Shown: positions 20,868 through 31,283, numbered from the stretch's first letter. The stretch is DNA of 64,000 nt from Spirochaetia bacterium (GCA_963675665.1 OY776510.1:3584001-3648000); one strand, 5' to 3'. Program-made: numbers and translations. The notes: a model not told the origin generated them from the sequence alone.

Positions 20868-20955
20868 TCGCATGAATGAAATAACGCTAAATCCACATAT
20901 GTTGTGTATTTCTTTTAATTCTGATAACCTTTATTGTGAAGGAGAAAATTAAGAG

Positions 20956-21600
20956 ATGAAAATTGCACCCTCAGTACTTTCAGCGGATTTTGTTAACATG
21001 GAGAAGGGTATCAGGCTTGTTGAATCAGCTTCATGTGAGTGGATTCATCTTGATGTTATGGACGGAAGCTTTGTCCCTCCGATTACTTTTGGACATCAGA
21101 TGATTAAATCAATACGAAATATTACTGATTTAATTCTTGATGCTCACCTGATGATTAATTCGCCTGAACGACAGATTGATTATCTTTCTGAAGCCGGCGC
21201 AGACTACATTACTGTTCATTATGAGAATACTATTCATACTCACAGAATTTTACAGCAGATAAAAAGCAAAGGCATGAAAGCAGGTATATCTATTGTACCT
21301 TCTACACCGGTATCCGTTCTCAGTGAATTACTTCCCTTTACCGACCTCGTCCTGGTGATGACTGTTAACCCCGGCTTCGGCGGTCAGAGCCTTATACCCG
21401 AATGTATACAAAAAATAAACCTGCTTAATGAAATAAGAGAATACAAAGGTTATTCTTACCTTATTTCCGCCGACGGAGGCATAAACAGGGAAACTGCTCC
21501 TCTTGTCCGAAAGGCCGGACTTGATATAGCTGTTGCCGGAAGTGCTTTTTTTAATGCTGAAGATCCTGTAGAAGAAGTCAGGATTCTGTCCGGCGATTAA
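20956..21600 (+). CDS. rpe: Ribulose-phosphate 3-epimerase
   Basis: IAPSVLSADF, IHLDVMDG, DAHLMI, VMTVNPGFGGQ, DGGIN, VAGSAFF. Confidence 0.98.
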   Translation: MKIAPSVLSADFVNMEKGIRLVESASCEWIHLDVMDGSFVPPITFGHQMIKSIRNITDLILDAHLMINSPERQIDYLSEAGADYITVHYENTIHTHRILQQIKSKGMKAGISIVPSTPVSVLSELLPFTDLVLVMTVNPGFGGQSLIPECIQKINLLNEIREYKGYSYLISADGGINRETAPLVRKAGLDIAVAGSAFFNAEDPVEEVRILSGD

Positions 21601-21674
21601 TAAAGCCTTCATTTTAGTAAAGTGCCTAAATTTATTAAGCATAGAGGTCGAAATTTATAACAGGAGTGTAGACC

Positions 21675-22730
21675 TTGAAACCTAGCAAAAAAAAGATCAT
21701 TTCATTAACCGTATTCCTGGTTTTAACGGCGTTTTCGGCTTATGCCCAGACTGGAAACCAGTTTCTTGATAAGGGAATCTCGAGTTTCGGAAAGGGTAAG
21801 TACAATGAGAGCCTTTCTTCATTCCGCGATGTAGTGATTGATTCCAATTTTAAAGATTATCATCCTGACGCATACTTCTGGATTGCCAAATCATATATTG
21901 CCCTAAGACAGCTTGATAACGCTGAAGAAAATCTTGAGTTTTTCATTTTAAATTATCCTGACCATAAATATTACCAGGAAGCGCTTTATCAAAAAGGGCG
22001 ATTAATGTTTCTACAGGAAGATTATGAAAACTGCATACAGGAATGCCATCATTTTCTTGAGTTGTACCCTGAATCCGTTTATGCTGCGAACGCCTATTAC
22101 TGGACAGCTGAATCACTTTATAACCTGGGCCGTCTTGATGAAGCTGAAAGCCTTTTTTCTCATATTGTATATAATTTTCCTGCAAGCTATAAGGTTGAAT
22201 CTGCTAATTACCGCCTGGGATTAATTGAGCAGAAATATCGTGAAGAATCGCTTGTAGAATTATTGAAACTTACCCATGAAGAATATTTAAAATCAATAGA
22301 AGAATTTCAGGTTCGTGAAAAGACATATGAAAATGCTCTTGACTCTTATCAGAAAAAACTATCGCTCCTTGATTCCGGATCATCAAAAGATTCCGCAGGC
22401 CAGACTCTTTCTCTTGAGCTTCTTGACCTTCAAACTAGTTTAAGGAACCGGGATAATGAAATTATGGCGCTTAAACGCAAAATTGCCGAACTTGAATACA
22501 GATTGTCAAATGCTGAAACCAAGGCTGCGGAAGCCGAATCCAAAATTATTGAAGTCAATCCTGAAGAAACACAAAAAACTGAAGAAGAAACAGCAGATAA
22601 AGATAAACCGGCAGAACCGGCATCCGTACTCAGTACGGAAGACAAGATTAAACTTCTTGAAATCAAATCAAGGGCGCTTGAGGTAAAAAGTTTTTATCTG
22701 AAATATCTCGGCAGTGTGGGGACTAATTAA
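21675..22730 (+). CDS. Exported TPR protein (CpoB/BamD-like TPRs) with C-terminal coiled coil
   Basis: TTG start after CAGGAG; signal peptide ending AYA; TPR pairs AYFWIAKSY, FLELYPESVYAANAYYW; coiled coil. Confidence 0.7.
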   Translation: MKPSKKKIISLTVFLVLTAFSAYAQTGNQFLDKGISSFGKGKYNESLSSFRDVVIDSNFKDYHPDAYFWIAKSYIALRQLDNAEENLEFFILNYPDHKYYQEALYQKGRLMFLQEDYENCIQECHHFLELYPESVYAANAYYWTAESLYNLGRLDEAESLFSHIVYNFPASYKVESANYRLGLIEQKYREESLVELLKLTHEEYLKSIEEFQVREKTYENALDSYQKKLSLLDSGSSKDSAGQTLSLELLDLQTSLRNRDNEIMALKRKIAELEYRLSNAETKAAEAESKIIEVNPEETQKTEEETADKDKPAEPASVLSTEDKIKLLEIKSRALEVKSFYLKYLGSVGTN

Positions 22731-23797
22731 TGAAAAAAATATTAATTCTTTTAATCATATTTTTATCTTTTGTTTTTGATATCAGTGCTCTTGAACTGAA
22801 AGAAGGTCGGATAAAGCTTGTTCTCCATGAAAAAAACGGAAGATTCTCAGTTTTTTATCAGGATAAACTGGTTTCTGATGAATATACTTCTCTTCTGCTT
22901 GAACAGGATCCACGAACTAGCGGGATAGTTCTTTTGGTCAATAATCGTACTCAGAGGCTTGGAGATACTTTTGAATTTGAACAAACCATTTCTGAAACCC
23001 GTTCAGGCGCTGAATTTAACTGGATTTCCAAAAATCTTGATATCACTGAGGCATTTTCTTTTGTCACATCTCCCGGCAACAGTATAGCCGACGGTATAAA
23101 AATTGAAATTACAATCAATAACATCTCTGATGAAGCGCTTTCTGTAGGTTTAAAATATCTTTTTGATACCTGGATTGGTGAAGATAACGATGATAAAGTA
23201 CATTTTTATACTTCTGACGATGTAGAAATATCCTCTGAGACAATTCTTAAAGGCATTCTTCCAAATTACTGGATATCTTCCAAAGGATTTGCAGCCGATA
23301 CAGGACTTTTAATGATGCTTGATAACAAGGTTGTTACACCTCCGGATAAAGTAATCTTTGCAAACTGGAAACGTCTCGATGAGAGCGGCTGGACTCTCAA
23401 CATTAAAGACGGCCGTAATTTCAATCTACTTCCTTATTCCATTAATGATTCCGCAGTTAGTCATTACTATGAACCTATCCGCATACCCGGCGGCGGAAGC
23501 AGAAATATAACTCTTGTTTTGGGCAATATATCAAAAAGCGGTTTTTCTGCAACAATAAAATCCGAAGACAAATCAACACTTGACGATCTTTATAACAGGG
23601 TCTCAACAGAAAGTATAAGCGGTACGCTTGAAACCGAGGAAAGTTCGGTTAAGAATGAACTGACGCTTACTGAAGATTTGATTACTCATATCGACAGATT
23701 AATTGAAAGCAAAGAGCCTCTTTCAGATGATGAACTCGAAACTCTTAATATTATGATAGAAAAGCTGGAGGCTACAAAGTCCAAGTTTGAAGATTAG
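22730..23797 (+). CDS. Exported hypothetical protein (beta-rich N-terminal part, helical tail)
   Basis: Signal peptide MKKILILL...ISA; start overlaps the upstream stop (TAATG). Confidence 0.7.
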   Translation: MKKILILLIIFLSFVFDISALELKEGRIKLVLHEKNGRFSVFYQDKLVSDEYTSLLLEQDPRTSGIVLLVNNRTQRLGDTFEFEQTISETRSGAEFNWISKNLDITEAFSFVTSPGNSIADGIKIEITINNISDEALSVGLKYLFDTWIGEDNDDKVHFYTSDDVEISSETILKGILPNYWISSKGFAADTGLLMMLDNKVVTPPDKVIFANWKRLDESGWTLNIKDGRNFNLLPYSINDSAVSHYYEPIRIPGGGSRNITLVLGNISKSGFSATIKSEDKSTLDDLYNRVSTESISGTLETEESSVKNELTLTEDLITHIDRLIESKEPLSDDELETLNIMIEKLEATKSKFED

Positions 23798-23799
23798 GT

Positions 23800-24906
23800 A
23801 TGTCCGATACAATTAAAGATGCTTACACACTATTTATCAGGAAAAAATACACGGATGTCATAAATCTGCTTGAACCGCAGGTTTTCAGATTTCGTGAAAA
23901 CTTTCATTTTTTTTATCTTCTTGGAATGTCATGCCTTTTTCAGGGAGATTACGGGGGAGCTTTTTCATATCTCAGGAGGGCTGTTGATTTAAGGGAAAAT
24001 GATGTAAAGACTCTTCTCGGAATAGCTGCGGTATATCTTAAACGCGGTGATACAGGCAATGCACTGAGGATATGGCTTGATGTTACCGAGATCGAACCTG
24101 GAAATATTTTTGCCCAGCGAGGCCTTAATTATCTAAAGAAGAATAATGATCCTGATGTCTTCAATTCGCTTGATGCTCAGGATAAAATCTTAAGATTTCT
24201 GCCTTCTTCCGAAAAAAGGAAGAAAAGTCCCGTTATTTTTCTCACTTCAGCTGCAATAATAATCTGCTTAACGGCCGTTGTTTTTATTATTCCCGTTTCA
24301 AGAAACTTCATTGCAGAAAAAATATCGCTTCCAGGTATTTTTTCTGCGGGTAAAACTTCATCAAGACCTGAAATACCCGAAATTTCACTGGATGTCCGCA
24401 AGGACTTCATAGACCTTGATGGTAATTTTTCATATGTTCTGACTGAAAAAGAAATAGAAAAGAAAATGAAATTAATTCAGGATTATCTCTATGATTTCAG
24501 GGATAATCTTGCTCAAAAAGAAATCAACCTGATTCTTCTTTCAAATGCATCAGAATATGTAAAAGACAGGGCACGTCTTTTATCCAAATATATCCAACAG
24601 CCTGAACTGACTACTTTTAAAGATAATTTTGATTTTTCCGATATTTCTTCGGAACCTCTGTTATACGATGGATGTTTTGTTTTATGGAAAGGTAAAGCTG
24701 TTAACATCTCCGAGACACCGCAATCGATAAATTTCGATTTTCTTGTCGGCTATCATGAGGAAAAAGTTCTTGAAGGAAGTGTTCCGGTTTTTTTTGATTT
24801 TGCCATTACCGTCATACCCGATCAGCCGATTGAACTTTTAGGTAAATTATTATTTGATGAAAACCGGAAATTAAGCCTCAAGGGTATTTCGATTCACAGA
24901 CTGTAA
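23800..24906 (+). CDS. TPR-containing single-pass membrane protein
   Basis: N-terminal TPRs (FYLLGMSCLFQGDYGGAFSYL), central TM helix, beta-rich C-terminal domain. Confidence 0.7.
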   Translation: MSDTIKDAYTLFIRKKYTDVINLLEPQVFRFRENFHFFYLLGMSCLFQGDYGGAFSYLRRAVDLRENDVKTLLGIAAVYLKRGDTGNALRIWLDVTEIEPGNIFAQRGLNYLKKNNDPDVFNSLDAQDKILRFLPSSEKRKKSPVIFLTSAAIIICLTAVVFIIPVSRNFIAEKISLPGIFSAGKTSSRPEIPEISLDVRKDFIDLDGNFSYVLTEKEIEKKMKLIQDYLYDFRDNLAQKEINLILLSNASEYVKDRARLLSKYIQQPELTTFKDNFDFSDISSEPLLYDGCFVLWKGKAVNISETPQSINFDFLVGYHEEKVLEGSVPVFFDFAITVIPDQPIELLGKLLFDENRKLSLKGISIHRL

Positions 24907-24946
24907 AAACTTCAGTATTGTATTAAATCCTCTTTTCTTTATTCTC

Positions 24947-24976
24947 TTGACTTCATTCCGTGCTGACGGATATTAT
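24947..24976 (+). promoter_or_regulatory. Putative sigma70 promoter of recA
   Basis: TTGACT (24947)-18 bp-TATTAT (24971); the spacer holds TCCGT-N4-ACGGA. Confidence 0.55.
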
Positions 24977-25077
24977 ATTACCTGATTATCAGAATATCGC
25001 TTATTCCTGAAGCACCGTGAAAAAACTACGGTATTGGGAGGGTGAGGGATGCTTTGACATTCCAGGGAGTAATATAA

Positions 25078-26217
25078 ATGGCGAAAAAATCCAATCTGCC
25101 CGAGACAAAAGTCATAACCGACGATGCCGAGAAAGACAAGGCCCTTGAAGCAGCACGTCTTCAGATAGAAAAGCAGTTCGGGAAAGGTTCATTAATGAAG
25201 CTTGGAACTTCCGCTTCTCTTAATATAGAATCAATTCCTTCAGGTTCTATTCTTCTTGATGAAGCGCTTGGAGTGGGCGGTTATCCCAAAGGGCGAATAA
25301 TAGAAATGTACGGTCCTGAATCCTCCGGAAAAACCACGCTTGCTCTGCATGCCATTGCAGAATCCCAGAAAGCCGGCGGTATTGCCGCCTTTATTGATGC
25401 AGAACACGCGCTTGATCCCACTTATGCAAAAGCTTTGGGTGTAAACACCGACGAATTATGGGTATCTCAGCCCGACACAGGCGAACAGGCCCTTGAAATA
25501 GCAGAATCTCTTGTCCGCTCCGGGGCTGTTGATATTATAGTAATCGACTCGGTAGCAGCTCTTACTCCCCAGGCTGAAATTGAGGGAGATATGGGTGATT
25601 CCCATATGGGTCTTCAGGCAAGACTTATGAGCCAGGCGCTTCGTAAACTGACCGGTACAATATCAAAATCAGGCTGTTGCCTTATTTTTATAAATCAGAT
25701 TCGAATGAAAATCGGAGTCATGTTCGGCAACCCTGAAACTACAACAGGCGGAAACGCTCTAAAATTCTATTCATCATTAAGAATCGAAATAAGAAGAATT
25801 GAAACACTTACACAGGGAGCCGACAACGCAATAGGAAACCGCGTTCGTGTAAAAGTTGTCAAAAACAAGGTTGCTCCACCGTTTAAAAAGGTTGAACTGG
25901 AAATAATGTTCGGTAAAGGCATTTCTGTTACCGGAAGCCTTCTTGATGCAGCTGTTAAATACGAACTTATCGAAAAGAGCGGAAGCTGGTATTCATATGG
26001 AGAAGAAAGAATCGGTCAGGGCCGTGAAAACGCCAAACTTTTTCTTGAAAATAACCCGGAAACATTTTCCGATTTAGATAATAAACTCAGAACCATTATG
26101 TTTGCCAAGCCCAATGCTGAAGATGATAAGCCGGTAAAAGAAGCGGAAATTCCCAAAAAAGAGACTGCACCCGTGGGAAAACCCGTTTCCGACGAATCAC
26201 CAGGCGATTTGTTCTAG
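25078..26217 (+). CDS. recA: Recombinase RecA
   Basis: [60 protein letters not shown]; no intein. Confidence 0.99.
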   Translation: MAKKSNLPETKVITDDAEKDKALEAARLQIEKQFGKGSLMKLGTSASLNIESIPSGSILLDEALGVGGYPKGRIIEMYGPESSGKTTLALHAIAESQKAGGIAAFIDAEHALDPTYAKALGVNTDELWVSQPDTGEQALEIAESLVRSGAVDIIVIDSVAALTPQAEIEGDMGDSHMGLQARLMSQALRKLTGTISKSGCCLIFINQIRMKIGVMFGNPETTTGGNALKFYSSLRIEIRRIETLTQGADNAIGNRVRVKVVKNKVAPPFKKVELEIMFGKGISVTGSLLDAAVKYELIEKSGSWYSYGEERIGQGRENAKLFLENNPETFSDLDNKLRTIMFAKPNAEDDKPVKEAEIPKKETAPVGKPVSDESPGDLF

Positions 26218-26220
26218 ATT

Positions 26221-26763
26221 GTGCCGATACTCAATGCCTTTACAGCCGCCGGACCGGTTGATGTTTATCTCGGTTTCGGGGCTAATACAGGCAACCCGGA
26301 AAATACTATTACTGAAGCCTTTGAAATCATTTCCAAAAATCTGCTTTCTTCGGCAAGGCTTTCCCAGCTTTATATAACAGCCCCGCAGGATGTTATAAAT
26401 CAGCCTGATTTCATAAATGCCGCATGCTGCGGCATTTATTCCGGAAAGATTTTTCAGCTTCTCGAGAGCCTGCACCGCATAGAAAAAGACCTCGGGCGAA
26501 ACCGCAGCATTGAACTTCGGCGCGGGCCCAGATCAATCGACATAGATATACTTCTTTTCGGTGATTTTATAATTGAATCCGGCAAAGAATCTGATGGTGA
26601 AGGCCAATGGATCAAAATTCCCCATGAAAGGCTTTTTCAACGAATATTTGCCCTCGAGCCTGTTCTTGAACTGAATCCGGATCTTTCCGATCCGGTTTCA
26701 GGAAAACCCTTAAAAGAATTTGCCGCCAGGCTTGAAAATCAAAAAATACGCCTGATGAAATAA
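26221..26763 (+). CDS. folK: 2-amino-4-hydroxy-6-hydroxymethyldihydropteridine diphosphokinase (HPPK)
   Basis: VYLGFGAN, QPDFINAA, IEKDLGR.R...GPRSIDIDILLFG, IPHER. Confidence 0.93.
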   Translation: MPILNAFTAAGPVDVYLGFGANTGNPENTITEAFEIISKNLLSSARLSQLYITAPQDVINQPDFINAACCGIYSGKIFQLLESLHRIEKDLGRNRSIELRRGPRSIDIDILLFGDFIIESGKESDGEGQWIKIPHERLFQRIFALEPVLELNPDLSDPVSGKPLKEFAARLENQKIRLMK

Positions 26764-26829
26764 CCGTTTTTTTAATTTTACCTTCAGCAAGTATTTATTA
26801 ATTCATAACTCTCGGATATATTAGGTTTC

Positions 26830-27600
26830 ATGGGGGAAATACAGGAAAACGAACTTCAGAATAAATTCAAGATTAATAATTTTGAAGGACCTCTTGACGT
26901 TCTGTTGTTTCTTATAAAAAAATCCGAAATAAATATATATGATATCCCGATTGCCCAGATAACGGAACAGTATATCGATTTTCTCGATTATGCAGTTTCA
27001 GTTAATCTTGACAACCTCACAGAGTTTTATGTAATGGCTTCTACGCTTTTATATATAAAAAGCAGAATGCTTTTGCCTGTTGAAATAGATATCTATGATG
27101 AACTTGAAGATCCCCGCAAAGAACTTGTTGACAGGCTTATCGAATACCAGAAGTTTAAAAAACTTTCAGATTTAATGACGGAACAGGAAAAAGAGTCTGA
27201 ATGGCGTATCGAACGTACCAAAAAACAGCGAACTCTTCCATTTCCGGACGATGACGGTCTTTGGGAACAGATTGATATATGGGATCTTTTCCAGACTTTC
27301 TCCAATATAATTACTTCTCTTTCATCAGAAAGAATTATTGATATGTATGAAGAAGTAAGCATCAATGAGAAAGTCGCCCTGATGTATGAACTTCTGGAAA
27401 ACAAGCAGGAGTTTTATTTTACCGAACTTATAACACGAACAAACTCCATGATGGATGTTGTGTGTGCTTTTCTTGCTTTGCTTGAAAGCGTTAAACAGAA
27501 AAGAATATTCATCCTGCAGAACAAACTCTTCGGAGATATTTTGATACGCCGGCGTGAAGAACAAAATCACGAGGAGGTTTCCGATGGATATGAAGAATGA
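26830..27600 (+). CDS. scpA: Segregation and condensation protein A
   Basis: FEGPLDVLLFLIKK, MASTLLYIKSRMLLP, DPRKELVDRLIEY, FLALLE. Confidence 0.96.
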   Translation: MGEIQENELQNKFKINNFEGPLDVLLFLIKKSEINIYDIPIAQITEQYIDFLDYAVSVNLDNLTEFYVMASTLLYIKSRMLLPVEIDIYDELEDPRKELVDRLIEYQKFKKLSDLMTEQEKESEWRIERTKKQRTLPFPDDDGLWEQIDIWDLFQTFSNIITSLSSERIIDMYEEVSINEKVALMYELLENKQEFYFTELITRTNSMMDVVCAFLALLESVKQKRIFILQNKLFGDILIRRREEQNHEEVSDGYEE

Positions 27601-28123
27601 ATGCGAGCTGATAGAAGCCGTACTATTTCTTGAATCAGATCCTGTTGAACTTAAATCGCTTATGAAGATAACAGACCTTCCCGCAGAAGCCATAGAAAAT
27701 GCCCTCAATATACTTGGCAAAAAATACGGTGAACCCGGCAGCGGACTTGAACTTATCCAGTTTGCCGGAGGATACACGCTCTCACCCAAAGCCCATCTCT
27801 GGGACTTTCTTAAAGAAAGATACGGTCAGAAAAACGATAAACGCCTTTCCCGGGCCGCTATGGAAACTTTGTCCATAATTGCTTACTCTCAGCCCATTAC
27901 AAAAGCTGAAATCGAAAACATCAGGGGGGTTTCCGCTGATAATATGATAAGGATTCTTGTTGAGCGATCATTAATCAAAACAGTTGGTAAAAAAGATATT
28001 CCGGGCAAACCTGTTCTTTACGGAACAACCAAGGATTTCCTCAAGATTTTCGGACTGAACAGTATCTCGGATCTTCCGAAACTTGATGATGTCCAGCAGG
28101 TGAGGTTTGAACTCAATGGGTGA
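27584..28123 (+). CDS. scpB: Segregation and condensation protein B
   Basis: IEAVLF, LSRAAMETLSIIAYSQPITKAEIENIRGV, PGKPVLYGTT..FL..FGL; ATG 27584 after GAGGAGG. Confidence 0.96.
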   Translation: MDMKNECELIEAVLFLESDPVELKSLMKITDLPAEAIENALNILGKKYGEPGSGLELIQFAGGYTLSPKAHLWDFLKERYGQKNDKRLSRAAMETLSIIAYSQPITKAEIENIRGVSADNMIRILVERSLIKTVGKKDIPGKPVLYGTTKDFLKIFGLNSISDLPKLDDVQQVRFELNG

Positions 28124-28856
28124 TACCGATAAGGGCAAACCTGCCCAGGAAGGTGTACGCCTGCAGGTATTTCTTGCAAAAGCCGGAATAGGATCACGCA
28201 GAAAATGCGAGGAATATATTTCGGAGGGTCGGATAACTGTAAACGGCGAAACTGTATTTCAACAGGGAATCAGAATAACCGATCAGAAGGTTTCCTTTGA
28301 TGGTAGGGCTGTCTATCCTGCCAAAAAAATGGTTTATATAGCTCTTAACAAGCCTGTACGCTATCTTTGCACGTCATCCGACCCCGAAGGCCGGCCTACC
28401 GCAATAGAACTCGTCAGAAAGGCCTGGCCGGGCCGTATCTATAATGTGGGCAGACTTGATTTCATGTCCTCAGGACTCATTCTTTTTACCAATGACGGCG
28501 AATTTACCAAGGCTGTCACTCATCCTTCATCAGGAATATTAAAAACATATCTTGTTGAAACCCGGGAAGACATTTCCTCGGACATGCTTGATGAATGGAA
28601 AAAGGGTGTAACTGTCGACGGAGTTAAATACAAGATTGAAGAATATGATATTAAAACGCAAAAAAAGGTGAGTCTTACACTTCGCGAAGGCAGGAACCGT
28701 GAAATACGCAATCTTTTCAATTCCAAACGCTTTAAAATCAAAAAACTTCATCGTACCAGAATCGGTAATATCACTATTCGTGGCCTTAAAAGCGGCGAAT
28801 ATCGTTTTCTGACCGAAACCGAAGTAAAAAAACTTCTGAAAAGCGGAGCTGAATAG
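28116..28856 (+). CDS. rluB: rRNA pseudouridine synthase, RluB/RsuA family
   Basis: S4 domain RLQVFLAKAGIGSRRKCE, catalytic VGRLD, EGRNREIR; scpB-rluB-cmk order. Confidence 0.85.
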   Translation: MGDTDKGKPAQEGVRLQVFLAKAGIGSRRKCEEYISEGRITVNGETVFQQGIRITDQKVSFDGRAVYPAKKMVYIALNKPVRYLCTSSDPEGRPTAIELVRKAWPGRIYNVGRLDFMSSGLILFTNDGEFTKAVTHPSSGILKTYLVETREDISSDMLDEWKKGVTVDGVKYKIEEYDIKTQKKVSLTLREGRNREIRNLFNSKRFKIKKLHRTRIGNITIRGLKSGEYRFLTETEVKKLLKSGAE

Positions 28857-28857
28857 A

Positions 28858-29511
28858 ATGATTATTGCCCTGGACGGACCCGCCGGCGTCGGGAAAAGTA
28901 CTATAGCTGCCAGAATCGCGGAAAAAACCGGTTTTTTTTATCTTAATTCCGGTAATTTTTACCGTGCAGTTACTTTTTCTTCCGTGAAAGACGGCATTGA
29001 TCTGAATGATGATATTGCCGTTACCGAACATTGCAGAAAACTTGAAATATCCATAAATAACGGACGAGTACATCTTAACGGTGAGGATGTTGAAGACAAA
29101 CTCCATACCGACGAAGTAGATTCTTTTGTAGCGCAAATTTCAGCTATCGTCGATGTCCGTACAGTCGTTACAGCCGCTCTCAGAAAAACTGCAGAAAGTA
29201 TCAGCATCGTAGCTGAAGGTCGCGACATTACAACTGTCGTTTTTCCTGATGCCGAATTCAAGTTTTTTATGGATGCTTCCATCGAGGTTCGTGCCATGCG
29301 CCGGTTTAATCAGGGGACAAGTAACAAGACTTACAATGAGCTTGTCGAAAGCATAAAGAAACGTGATGAGATAGATTTAAATAAGCCGGTAGGCAGCCTC
29401 AAATTAGCTGATGATGCGATTTATTTGGATACATCGCACTTGACCATAGATGAAGTTTGTGAGAAAGTATTAGATAAAATTCAGGAACGAAAAACAGGTT
29501 TTAGGAGATAG
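28858..29511 (+). CDS. cmk: Cytidylate kinase
   Basis: IALDGPAGVGKST, SGNFYRA, VAEGRDITTVVFPDA, RDEID. Confidence 0.97.
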   Translation: MIIALDGPAGVGKSTIAARIAEKTGFFYLNSGNFYRAVTFSSVKDGIDLNDDIAVTEHCRKLEISINNGRVHLNGEDVEDKLHTDEVDSFVAQISAIVDVRTVVTAALRKTAESISIVAEGRDITTVVFPDAEFKFFMDASIEVRAMRRFNQGTSNKTYNELVESIKKRDEIDLNKPVGSLKLADDAIYLDTSHLTIDEVCEKVLDKIQERKTGFRR

Positions 29512-31227
29512 TTGCCGATTATGACAGACAAAGATGTTACTGCCGACAATAACAATTTAGCCCTTCAGGAAGAATATCTGAAGAATTTTGAAGATATTGA
29601 AGAGGGGGCTCTGATTGAGGGTGATATAATTGAAATAACCCCTGATCAGGTTTTTATAGATGTAGGCTATAAATCTGAAGGTAAAATCTCCCTTGATGAG
29701 TTTGAAGAGACACCGAAAATTGGTGACAAGGTCAGTGTTATACTGATTAAGAAAGAAGGTAGAGGCGGACAGGTTGTCGTTTCTAAAAAGAAAGCGGATT
29801 CAAGGGTATTCTGGAAAAACTTAAAAGAAGCTTCCGAGCAGAAAACACCTATAGACGGAACAGTATGCAAGGTTATTAAGGGAGGCTTCGAAGTAGATTT
29901 GGGATTTGATGTAAAGGCCTTCAATCCAATTTCCAAGATTGATGTAACCAGGGTCGAAACCCCCGATGAATATCTTAATCTTAAATCAAAATTTATAATT
30001 GACAAATTCAGTACTTCTGCAAAAGCCAGAATTGTAGTTTCAAGAAGACAGTACCTTGAAACGGCAGCTGAAGAAGCAAAGAAAAAATTCTTTGAAAATA
30101 CCCAGATTGGTGATGACATCGAAGGAACTGTAAAAAGTTTCACTTCATTCGGCGCATTCATTGATCTCGGAGGATTCGACGGGCTTCTTCATATCAACGA
30201 CATGAGCTGGGGACATGTAACCAAGCCGAAAGATTATGTTAAAAAAGGACAGGTTATTCAGCTAAAAGTCATAAAGATTGATCCTGAAGACAAGAAAATA
30301 AACCTTTCGCTCAAGCATTTTTCAGATAACCCATGGAATACCTTTGAAAACAGATACCATATTGATGATATAGTTAAAGGCAAGGTCACCAAACTTACTG
30401 ATTTCGGTGCTTTTATCGAAATTGAAGAAGGTATTGAAGGTCTTGCCCATATATCGGAACTTTCATGGACCAAGAGAGTAAATCATCCCAGGGAGGTTCT
30501 TTCTATCGGTGATGAGGTTGAAGTAAAAATTCTTGCATTCAACCTGGACGAAGGTCGTATTTCACTTGGCCTTAAACAGGTGCTTCCGAATCCCTGGGAT
30601 TCTCTTGATGAGAAATATCCTGTAGGCATGACCTTAAAAAAAACCATAAAGAAAGTAACCAATTCTGGTGCTTTTGTTGAACTTGAAGAGGGTATTGATG
30701 CCTTTCTCCATATTGATGATTACTCCTGGACAAGAAAAATCAAGAATGCCTCTTCCGTATTAAAGGAAGGCGAGGAAATTGACGCTGTTGTAATTGCAAT
30801 CGAACCGGATACAAAGCGTGTCAGACTTGGAGTCAAGCAGCTTTCGGATGATCCATGGGACGCCCTTAAGAAATCTTATCCCAAAGGCAGCCTGATTGAA
30901 GGTGAAATAACCAACGTTACCGATTTCGGTGTTTTTGTTAAGGTTCCGGGCGGAATTGAAGGCCTCATTAATAAATTCAATCTCGCTGAAACCGGACCGG
31001 ACAGAGTTGATGATGACGAACTTTTAAAGAAATTTAACGTTGGTGACAAGGTAAAAGCTCTTGTTACAGAAATAAGGGCTGATACGCAGCGTCTTTCCCT
31101 TTCCATACGTGAGTACCAGAGAAGCATTCAGCGTCAGGAATTGTCGAAATACATTCATGACAGTGAAGAGGAAGGGAACTTCACTTTAGGCGATATGCTT
31201 AAAGATAAAATCAACCTGGACGAATAG
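29512..31227 (+). CDS. rpsA: 30S ribosomal protein S1 (start TTG 29512 or ATG 29521)
   Basis: Six S1 repeats ([35 protein letters not shown], etc.). Confidence 0.98.
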   Translation: MPIMTDKDVTADNNNLALQEEYLKNFEDIEEGALIEGDIIEITPDQVFIDVGYKSEGKISLDEFEETPKIGDKVSVILIKKEGRGGQVVVSKKKADSRVFWKNLKEASEQKTPIDGTVCKVIKGGFEVDLGFDVKAFNPISKIDVTRVETPDEYLNLKSKFIIDKFSTSAKARIVVSRRQYLETAAEEAKKKFFENTQIGDDIEGTVKSFTSFGAFIDLGGFDGLLHINDMSWGHVTKPKDYVKKGQVIQLKVIKIDPEDKKINLSLKHFSDNPWNTFENRYHIDDIVKGKVTKLTDFGAFIEIEEGIEGLAHISELSWTKRVNHPREVLSIGDEVEVKILAFNLDEGRISLGLKQVLPNPWDSLDEKYPVGMTLKKTIKKVTNSGAFVELEEGIDAFLHIDDYSWTRKIKNASSVLKEGEEIDAVVIAIEPDTKRVRLGVKQLSDDPWDALKKSYPKGSLIEGEITNVTDFGVFVKVPGGIEGLINKFNLAETGPDRVDDDELLKKFNVGDKVKALVTEIRADTQRLSLSIREYQRSIQRQELSKYIHDSEEEGNFTLGDMLKDKINLDE

Positions 31228-31234
31228 AAATCTT

Positions 31235-31266
31235 ACGGGAAACAGTCCTTACGGGCTTTTTCCCGT
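31235..31266 (+). terminator. Stem-loop after rpsA (weak U-tail; terminator or stabiliser)
   Basis: ACGGGAAACAGTCC-TTAC-GGGCTTTTTCCCGT, a 14-bp stem with one mismatch and one GU pair. Confidence 0.55.
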
Positions 31267-31283
31267 TTGCAGCGGAGTTTTCA

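Noticed and set aside
25078-26763. recA-folK (also truB-ribF, lptF-lptG, aroH-map) in-frame adjacency as readthrough fusions
   Set aside because: 3-bp gaps are ordinary translational coupling, and nothing else in the sequence points to readthrough at these stops
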